DNA of 21,495 nucleotides from a virus (Duplodnaviria; Heunggongvirae; Uroviricota; Caudoviricetes): positions 1-21,495 of IMG/VR virus record IMGVR_UViG_2778261537_000014. The stretch is one strand, 5' to 3'. A model generated the notes under the pieces. It worked only from the letters and a program-made list of their open reading frames with translations. It made no database searches and was not told where the DNA came from. Position numbers and translations under genes: made by a program. This document shows positions 15,640 through 21,495 of the stretch, piece by piece (position 1 is the stretch's first letter; each line of letters begins with the position of its first letter).

Positions 15640-17342
15640 TGATGAAACCAGTTAAACGCCTGTACCTTTCAACGGATGAAGTTCACCTGGCTGATGCCAG
15701 CCTTGTGCTGGAGCTGAACAGCTGCGGCCGGGGATTTATCACTGCACAGACAGCCGCGGATTACACCGGGAAACTGGTGCGGCTGGATGTGGGGTATTCC
15801 GATCTGCTTTTGCGCTGGTTTACTGGTTATGTGGAACGCTCACAACCCGCCGAAAACGGCTTTCAGCGTCTGTTTGTGCGCGAGCTGGTCGGCGTTTTTG
15901 AAAGAATGTGGCCATGTTCATTTCAGCATCCCACTTTGCGCAAGGTTGCCAACTGGCTGGAGGAAAACAGCGGAATTACAGTCAGTGTGCCGGATGCCCC
16001 TTACAGCGATAAACCGATCCCCCATTTCACTCATAACGGCACGGGCTATCAGTTGCTGAATAATCTGGGCAGAGCATTCAGTATTCAGGATTACATCTGG
16101 TACCAGTTGCCAGATGGTTCCCTGTATGTGGGCGGCGCGGAAAAAGCGATGTTTGCCGGTCGTCCGGTAGATATCCCGGCAGAGTTCAGCCAGGGGGCTG
16201 CTGGCGGTAATTCCATGACGCTGCCGGTGATCCAGAGTCTGCGGCCGGGAGTGGAGCTGAACGGGGAGCGCGTGACAAAAGTGCACCTGACCAATGACAC
16301 AATGGCAGTTACCTGGACACCCAGAAATCGCGCAACAGGTCAGCCCTTACAGAAAACACCGGCACAGCGTCAGATTGAAAGCCATTACCCGGAACTGGCT
16401 TCCGGGCTGCACCTGCCAAAACTGGCCAGAGTGATAGCACCCAGTGAGGTCGTGAAAAGTGGTAGTTTTGCCGATCCGTTCCGGCCACGCTATGCCGTTG
16501 ATGTGCAACTGCTTGATGCAGACGGCAACCCGGATAACCAGACGCCAGTTTATTCTGCGGTGCCGCTGCCGGTACCTATGGCCGGTAATGACTCCGGCAT
16601 GTTCCAGTTTCCGCCAGAAGGAACGCTGGTTGAAGTTGCGTTTACCGGAGGGCGCCCGGATAAACCTTTTATCAGGCAGACGCTGCCAGATGGTACCAGT
16701 CTGCCGGATGTTAAGCCCGGTGAGCAGCTGCAACAGCAGCGGGCTGAAGTGTCGCAGCGTGTTACCCAGGCTGGCGATTGGGTACGGCAGACCGATCAGA
16801 CTATCAGCGAAATATCGATGGCGCGGACGGTCAAAGCCGACACGGAACAGCGTGATCTGATCAGCCGTGAAACCACGGTTAAAGCCACTGATAAAACTAC
16901 GGTGCTGGGTACCGCCACCCTGATGGCCGGAGCCATTCAGCAGGTCAGTGCCGGGGATTATAGCCAGGCCGTGAAAGGCAACAGGCTGGCCAGCATTGAA
17001 GGGAATGACGAAACCGATATTGCAGGGGAACAGTCCACTAAGGTGGCCGGAGGCGTGGATGTATATGTGGGGGGAACCCTGACTGAAAAGATTGCTGCAT
17101 TACGCAAATCTGTAGCATCGGGCGGCCAGCAGATTATGGGACCAACCGTCCATATTGGTAGTGAGAGTGTCAACACGCTGGCCATGATGCTGGATACCAT
17201 TGATTTACTGGCGGAGCTGGCGCAGCAATGTGCGAGCCATTCACACCCCAGCGTGGCTACGCCAACCAATGCCGGCGCATTTACCCAGACGGCAGAAAAG
17301 GCCGGACAGACCCGCAAGAAGTACCAGAGCATAATTGCCTGA
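15639..17342 (+). CDS. Baseplate hub-spike fusion protein: gpD-like N-terminal domain plus gpV-like spike C-terminal domain (VgrG-like)
   Basis: 567 aa. N-terminal block TLRKVANWLEENSGITVSVP resembles P2 gpD TLRQIAETLANEHGLELEVP. The region AVPLPVPMAGNDSGMFQFPPEGTLVEVAFTGGRPDKPFI resembles the gpV/gp5 OB-fold signature (WLTHRAGRSRTWWAPSVGEQVLIL...). HxH motif near the C-terminal tip (SHSHP, nt 17238-17246) is like P2 gpV HTHKHP. Confidence 0.65.
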   Translation: MMKPVKRLYLSTDEVHLADASLVLELNSCGRGFITAQTAADYTGKLVRLDVGYSDLLLRWFTGYVERSQPAENGFQRLFVRELVGVFERMWPCSFQHPTLRKVANWLEENSGITVSVPDAPYSDKPIPHFTHNGTGYQLLNNLGRAFSIQDYIWYQLPDGSLYVGGAEKAMFAGRPVDIPAEFSQGAAGGNSMTLPVIQSLRPGVELNGERVTKVHLTNDTMAVTWTPRNRATGQPLQKTPAQRQIESHYPELASGLHLPKLARVIAPSEVVKSGSFADPFRPRYAVDVQLLDADGNPDNQTPVYSAVPLPVPMAGNDSGMFQFPPEGTLVEVAFTGGRPDKPFIRQTLPDGTSLPDVKPGEQLQQQRAEVSQRVTQAGDWVRQTDQTISEISMARTVKADTEQRDLISRETTVKATDKTTVLGTATLMAGAIQQVSAGDYSQAVKGNRLASIEGNDETDIAGEQSTKVAGGVDVYVGGTLTEKIAALRKSVASGGQQIMGPTVHIGSESVNTLAMMLDTIDLLAELAQQCASHSHPSVATPTNAGAFTQTAEKAGQTRKKYQSIIA

Positions 17343-17352
17343 CTATCCCTTC

Positions 17353-17378
17353 AGCCCGCGCATAATGCGGGCTTTTTT
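17353..17378 (+). terminator. Rho-independent terminator closing the late/tail operon
   Basis: 7-bp GC-rich stem AGCCCGC / GCGGGCT with 7-nt loop GCATAAT, followed by TTTTTT. Lies 11 nt after the hub-spike stop codon. Confidence 0.75.
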
Positions 17379-18023
17379 GTGCCCATCCTCAGACCCCACC
17401 AGACGCATTCTAAGCGCTTCTTTTATCTGACCACTACCGCGCAACACCACAAAAGGATCTGTTCTGTCACGTTACGCTGACGACGCTACACGCTGACAAA
17501 ATAAATCTTTCGCAGACAAAAACGGCACTACACCGCACCCGCCTGCGGTTTCTGGATAGATAAAATTTTTCAGTTTTCTTTTTCTACAAATTAGGCAGCC
17601 AGACAGCGCCAGTTCTGGCGGTTTGCGGGATATTTCAAACTGAAAAGATTGAAAAGAATTTCAGCATTTTTCAGTTAGAAGGATCAGTGAAGGATCTGAG
17701 TGAGTTTATAACTATCAGATAAATATAGTAAAATATCACTTTCCGTGTGAAGCACGATCTAATTTTATTAGAAGTAGTGTTGAGATGAAAAAACTCGCAG
17801 GCTTAGGAATGATGCTAGATGTAGCTGAGTTAGAAAAATTTTGAAACTGAAATTTTTTGTCTTAGACATTAACCTGTTAGATATGAGATTACTTGCTTTT
17901 TTGCTGCAAAGTATTTGGTAATCTAGCTAAAAGCACTAGCGGATTAGACTATTGTTGGTTTGATCTCAATTGGCTCTTTGAAGTACAGGATAGAAACATT
18001 TAATTGGAAACTGAGAGGATGTT

Positions 18024-18638
18024 ATGCCATTTGCTCAAATGATGCGCGATAAATTAACACTAGTAAAACAAGATGGTAGTCGTATTGAAGATCTAAAAGG
18101 AAGTGTTCAGAAAGGGAAAATAATCATCATGAGAGGGGATATCTCGATTGAACCTGACGATGAACTGCATCGTGCAATGCCAGCTGGAAAATTTGAGGAG
18201 TACATTGTTGTTGAGCCGAATTTTCGGCAGGGACTCCATGGGATACCGTCCCATTACCAAGCTGAGGTGAGGAGGAAGACCCAAAGTAACTTTGTTACAG
18301 GAGCAACTCCGGGTGCACATACCATAAATTACAATCTATATGGTGCGAACAGCAGAGTGAACAACGACTCTATCGATAATTCTAGAAACTTCTCGGGAAG
18401 TGATGAAAATATTCGTCAGGTTTTGCAGGTTCTATCATCAGCACGAAAGGATGTCGAGTCTGCCACAATGGAACCAACCGATGTGCAAACAACAACTGCT
18501 ACTCTAGATATCGTCGAAAGCCAAATACAGACACAGGCACCTTCGAAGCCTGTGATTAAGACCTTGTTAGCTGGATTACCTGCTGTTGCGCAGGCATTGC
18601 CTTCGATAGTCAAATTGATTGAATTCTTTAAGGATTAA
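18024..18638 (+). CDS. Hypothetical protein (204 aa) in a visibly AT-rich accessory segment; unknown function, candidate moron or defense gene
   Basis: Strong SD GAGAGGA 5 nt upstream of the ATG. Codon usage and flanks are much more AT-rich than the phage or host genes. Compact N-terminal domain, Asn/Ser/Thr-rich middle, and a C-terminal amphipathic/hydrophobic segment (PVIKTLLAGLPAVAQALPSIVKLIEFF). No family recognised. Confidence 0.6.
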   Translation: MPFAQMMRDKLTLVKQDGSRIEDLKGSVQKGKIIIMRGDISIEPDDELHRAMPAGKFEEYIVVEPNFRQGLHGIPSHYQAEVRRKTQSNFVTGATPGAHTINYNLYGANSRVNNDSIDNSRNFSGSDENIRQVLQVLSSARKDVESATMEPTDVQTTTATLDIVESQIQTQAPSKPVIKTLLAGLPAVAQALPSIVKLIEFFKD

Positions 18639-18720
18639 CGCTCTGTCGCCATTTTGTCGCCACACTCGTTAAATGTGTGCTCTAAACGGTTGATTCGAAA
18701 GGGGCTGAATTTCAGGCAAC

Positions 18721-18763
18721 AAAAAACCCATCAACCTTGAACCGAAATGGCGGGGTTGATGGG
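18721..18763 (-). terminator. Probable rho-independent terminator downstream of ybjL (minus strand)
   Basis: Perfect 10-bp inverted repeat CCCATCAACC / GGTTGATGGG (18727-18736 and 18754-18763) with a 17-nt loop. On the minus strand the stem is followed by TTTTTTG. Lies about 110 nt beyond the ybjL stop. Confidence 0.5.
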
Positions 18764-18875
18764 CTCCACAAAATGGGGACATCAAAGAAAAGCAGTGGCA
18801 TTAATTAAGACTGATGCCCTGCGGAAAAGTTCTGCGGTTGTGCAAAAAAATTTCATTTTCAGGGCAACTTCAGTT

Positions 18876-20561
18876 TTATCCTAATCCTGGCCATACCATG
18901 ACGATGATTGTCCCTGCCAGCGTCAGCAGGACGTTGGCGATTGCGTAGGTGCCCGCATAGCCCAGCGCAGGGATGTTACTGCGAGCTGTATCACTGATGA
19001 TCTCCATTGCCGGCGCGCAGGTGCGTGCGCCCATCATTGCGCCGAACAACAGTGCGCGGTTCATTCGCAATACATAAGCACCGAACAAGAAACAGATAAC
19101 CACGGGCACAAGACTGACAATTAATCCGGCAATCAACATCTGACCGCCAATCGCGCCCAGGCCGTTATTAATACCGCTACCGGCGCTCAGACCAACGCCT
19201 GCCATAAACACCATCAAGCCGAACTCTTTCACCATGCTTAATGCACCTTGCGGAATGTAACCGAAGGTCGGGTGGTTAGCACGCATAAAGCCCAGCATAA
19301 TTCCGGCGAATAACAACCCGGCAGCGTTCCCCATGCCGAAACTGAATGTGCTGAACTGGAAGGTGATCATCCCGATCATCAGCCCAATAACAAAGAAGGC
19401 GCAAAATGCCAGCAGGTCAGTGACCTGGCTGTGAATCGAGATAAAGCCGATGCGATCGGCGATGGTTTTTACGCGACGGGCATCACCGCTGACTTGTAAA
19501 ACGTCACCTTTGTTAAGCACGACGTTGTCATCTATCGGCATCTCAATCTGGCTACGAATGACGCGGTTAAGGAAGCAACCGTGATCGGTCAACTTCAGTT
19601 GTGCGAGACGTTTACCTACAGCGTTATGGTTTTTAACGACCACTTCTTCAGTGACGATACGCATGTCGAGAAGGTCACGATCGAAAACTTCTTTACCGTT
19701 ACGGAAGCTGGGATCGAGTCGGGCATGGGCGTCGGGATAGCCTACCAACGCTATTTCATCGCCCATTTGTAGCACGGCATCACCGTCTGGATTTGCCAGA
19801 ATCCCGTTACGTCGAATACGTTCAATGTAGCAGCCGGTTTGTCGATAAATACCCAGTTCACGCAGATTTTTGCCGTCGGTCCAGGCCACCAGCTCCGGGC
19901 CGACGCGATAGGCGCGGATCACCGGTAAATAAACCTTACGGTTGGCATCAGTGTCCAGGCCACGTTCGCGGGCGATTTGCTGGGCGCTGGTCTGTAAGTC
20001 CTGATGCTGCAATTTCGGCAAGTAACGCGCACCAACAATCAAACTCACCAGACCGATTAAATAGGTTAAGGCATACCCGAGGCTCAGATTATCCAGTGCC
20101 AGTGAGAGCTGCCTGCTTTCCATGCCGGAATGACGCAGTGTATCGCCAGCACCGACCAGAACCGGTGTCGACGTCATAGAGCCTGCTAACATACCGGCCG
20201 TCAGGCCAATATCCCAGCCAAACAGCTTACCTAACCCTAAGGCGATCACCAGCGCACTGCCAACCATCACCAGTGCTAACATTAGGTAATTTTTCCCATC
20301 GCGAAAAAAAATGGAAAAAAAGTTCGGTCCGGCTTCGACCCCGACGCAGAAAATAAACAGCATAAAGCCAAGATTAAGCGCATCGGTGTTAATGCTGAAA
20401 TGTTGTTGGCCTAATAACAGCGATACGACTAAAACGCCAATGGAATTACCCAGTTGGATCGAACCAAGTCGTAACTTTCCGAGACATAGCCCAAGCGCGA
20501 GGACCACAAATAATAACAGAATGTAATTCCCATTTAACAATTCGGCGACGTTTATATTCAC
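18876..20561 (-). CDS. ybjL: Putative AAE-family transporter YbjL
   Basis: 561-aa polytopic membrane protein with paired transmembrane blocks flanking central cytoplasmic regions. Recognised as E. coli YbjL from memory. GTG start at 20561. Confidence 0.85.
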
Positions 20562-20830
20562 GGAGGCTAACTTCTTGTTTACTAGTAAGCTGTTGAAAGA
20601 AATGGTAATTTACGATAATGTTTTTTACCAGAATTCAGGGCGCAGATTCATTCAGCGCACCTAAACGATAGTAAAGTAACAATATATTTTACTAGTGTAA
20701 TCACATTAGGTATCAACGGCTATATGAATTGCGTTGGCCTATATTAGCATGGAATGCGAAGCGGCTTTATCTTACTGAACGCCACACTGGCGAAAAATGT
20801 GTTCGATAGACGCAGTGTCAGGAGGAACGA

Positions 20831-21208
20831 GTGAAACATAAACAACGTTGGGCGGGGGCAATCTGCTGTTTTGTCCTCTTCATTGTGGTGTGCCTTTTTC
20901 TGGCGACGCACATGAAAGGCGCTTTTCGGGCTGCCGGGCATCCTGAAATCGGCTTGCTATTTTTCATTCTTCCTGGAGCAGTCGCCAGCTTCTTTTCACA
21001 GCGTAGAGAAGTCCTGAAACCTCTATTTGGCGCAATGCTGGCGGCACCCTGTTCAATGCTCATTATGCGGCTGTTTTTTTCACCGACGCGCTCATTCTGG
21101 CAAGAGCTGGCATGGTTACTAAGCGCGGTGTTCTGGTGTGCGCTGGGGGCACTGTGTTTCTTATTTATCAGTAGTTTGTTTAAACCACAGCACAGAAAAA
21201 ATCAGTAA
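20831..21208 (+). CDS. ybjM: Inner membrane protein YbjM
   Basis: 125-aa hydrophobic protein. GTG start with SD AGGAGGAA. Conserved position between ybjL and grxA as in E. coli K-12. Confidence 0.8.
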   Translation: MKHKQRWAGAICCFVLFIVVCLFLATHMKGAFRAAGHPEIGLLFFILPGAVASFFSQRREVLKPLFGAMLAAPCSMLIMRLFFSPTRSFWQELAWLLSAVFWCALGALCFLFISSLFKPQHRKNQ

Positions 21209-21227
21209 AGCCCTCAACGCGAGGGCT
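21209..21227. terminator. Hairpin between convergent ybjM and grxA (possible bidirectional terminator)
   Basis: AGCCCTC-aacgc-GAGGGCT perfect 7-bp stem immediately after the ybjM stop and 11 nt before the grxA stop. T-runs on both sides are weak. Confidence 0.4.
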
Positions 21228-21237
21228 TGTCAGACGA

Positions 21238-21495
21238 TCAGGCGTCCAGATTTTCTTTCACCCATGCAGCAAAATCGGTATAGCCGCCGATATGTTGCTG
21301 ATCGACAAAAATCTGCGGCACGGTTTCTACGGGTTTACCTGCCTTTTGTTGTAGATCTTCTTTAGTGATCCCTTCCGCACGAATATCTACATACTGATAC
21401 TGAAAATCATCGCGTTCATTGCTCAATTTCTCAGCCAGATCTTTTGCACGCACACAGTAAGGGCAACCCGAACGACCAAAAATAACGGTTTGCAT
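21238..21495 (-). CDS. grxA: Glutaredoxin 1
   Basis: 85 aa with the CPYC active site (GRSGCPYCVRAKDLA). Sequence recognised as essentially identical to E. coli GrxA. The start codon sits at the window end. Confidence 0.9.
   Translation of the reverse strand: MQTVIFGRSGCPYCVRAKDLAEKLSNERDDFQYQYVDIRAEGITKEDLQQKAGKPVETVPQIFVDQQHIGGYTDFAAWVKENLDA

Larger units (their letters stand above)
1..17380. mobile_element. Prophage late-gene segment: P2-like head module plus rearranged contractile-tail module. Left boundary lies beyond the window; right boundary is unresolved between about 17380 and 18870.
   Basis: Contiguous, mostly overlapping or translationally coupled phage structural and lysis genes, ending at an intrinsic terminator, followed by host genes ybjL/ybjM/grxA. 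No integrase or att repeat is visible in the window. Confidence 0.8.

Noticed and set aside
14672-17332. Minus-strand and alternate-frame ORFs across the unknown ORFs and the hub-spike gene (for example 14672-14992, 15174-15623, 15918-16286, 16347-16733, 16459-16860, 16958-17332)
   Set aside because: They overlap the coupled plus-strand genes with no independent signals. I considered a hidden antisense gene but found no support.
17785-17844. 19-codon small ORF (MKKLAGLGMMLDVAELEKF) in the AT-rich leader
   Set aside because: Too short and not hydrophobic enough to call a type I toxin. Only a weak SD. Kept as a note inside the leader finding rather than a feature.
18093-18613. Minus-strand ORFs 18093-18320 and 18416-18613
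   Set aside because: Antisense within the 204-aa plus-strand gene, which has the much stronger start context. An antisense toxin-antitoxin arrangement was considered but neither ORF has an SD.
19581-20526. Plus-strand ORFs 19581-19772, 19793-20179 and 20311-20526
   Set aside because: Antisense inside ybjL, a conserved host membrane-protein gene. Spurious.
20744-21365. ORFs 20744-20941(-), 20818-21063(-) and 21138-21365(+)
   Set aside because: They overlap ybjM or grxA on the opposite strand or run through the convergent terminator region. No support.
1-21495. CRISPR arrays, tRNA or rRNA genes, and insertion sequences
   Set aside because: No regularly spaced direct repeats, no cloverleaf-like GC-rich 70-90 nt segment at the junctions, and no transposase-like ORF were seen on reading the window.

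Overview
The window is an Enterobacteriaceae (E. coli-like) chromosome segment. A large phage late-gene block (about 1-17380) abuts the host genes ybjL, ybjM and grxA (18876-21495). All protein-family calls below are by-eye recognition from memory, not database searches. The phage block has a P2-like head module: a divergent short gpP-like terminase ORF, then gpO scaffold, gpN major capsid, gpM small terminase and gpL head completion. It is followed by a contractile-tail module in a non-P2 order: R/S-like completion proteins, putative sheath and tube, an embedded lysis cassette (holin, M15 endolysin, overlapped Rz/Rz1 spanins), a tail chaperone with an apparent programmed -1 frameshift, tape measure, W/J/I baseplate genes, tail fiber and assembly chaperone, two unknown ORFs, and a fused gpD-hub/gpV-spike protein. 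An intrinsic terminator closes the operon at 17353-17378. Between the phage block and ybjL lies a visibly AT-rich segment (about 17560-18700) with a long non-coding leader and one isolated 204-aa ORF (18024-18638) that I cannot assign to any family; this is the best candidate for an undescribed accessory or defense function. No integrase, tRNA, CRISPR array or att site is identifiable in the window.
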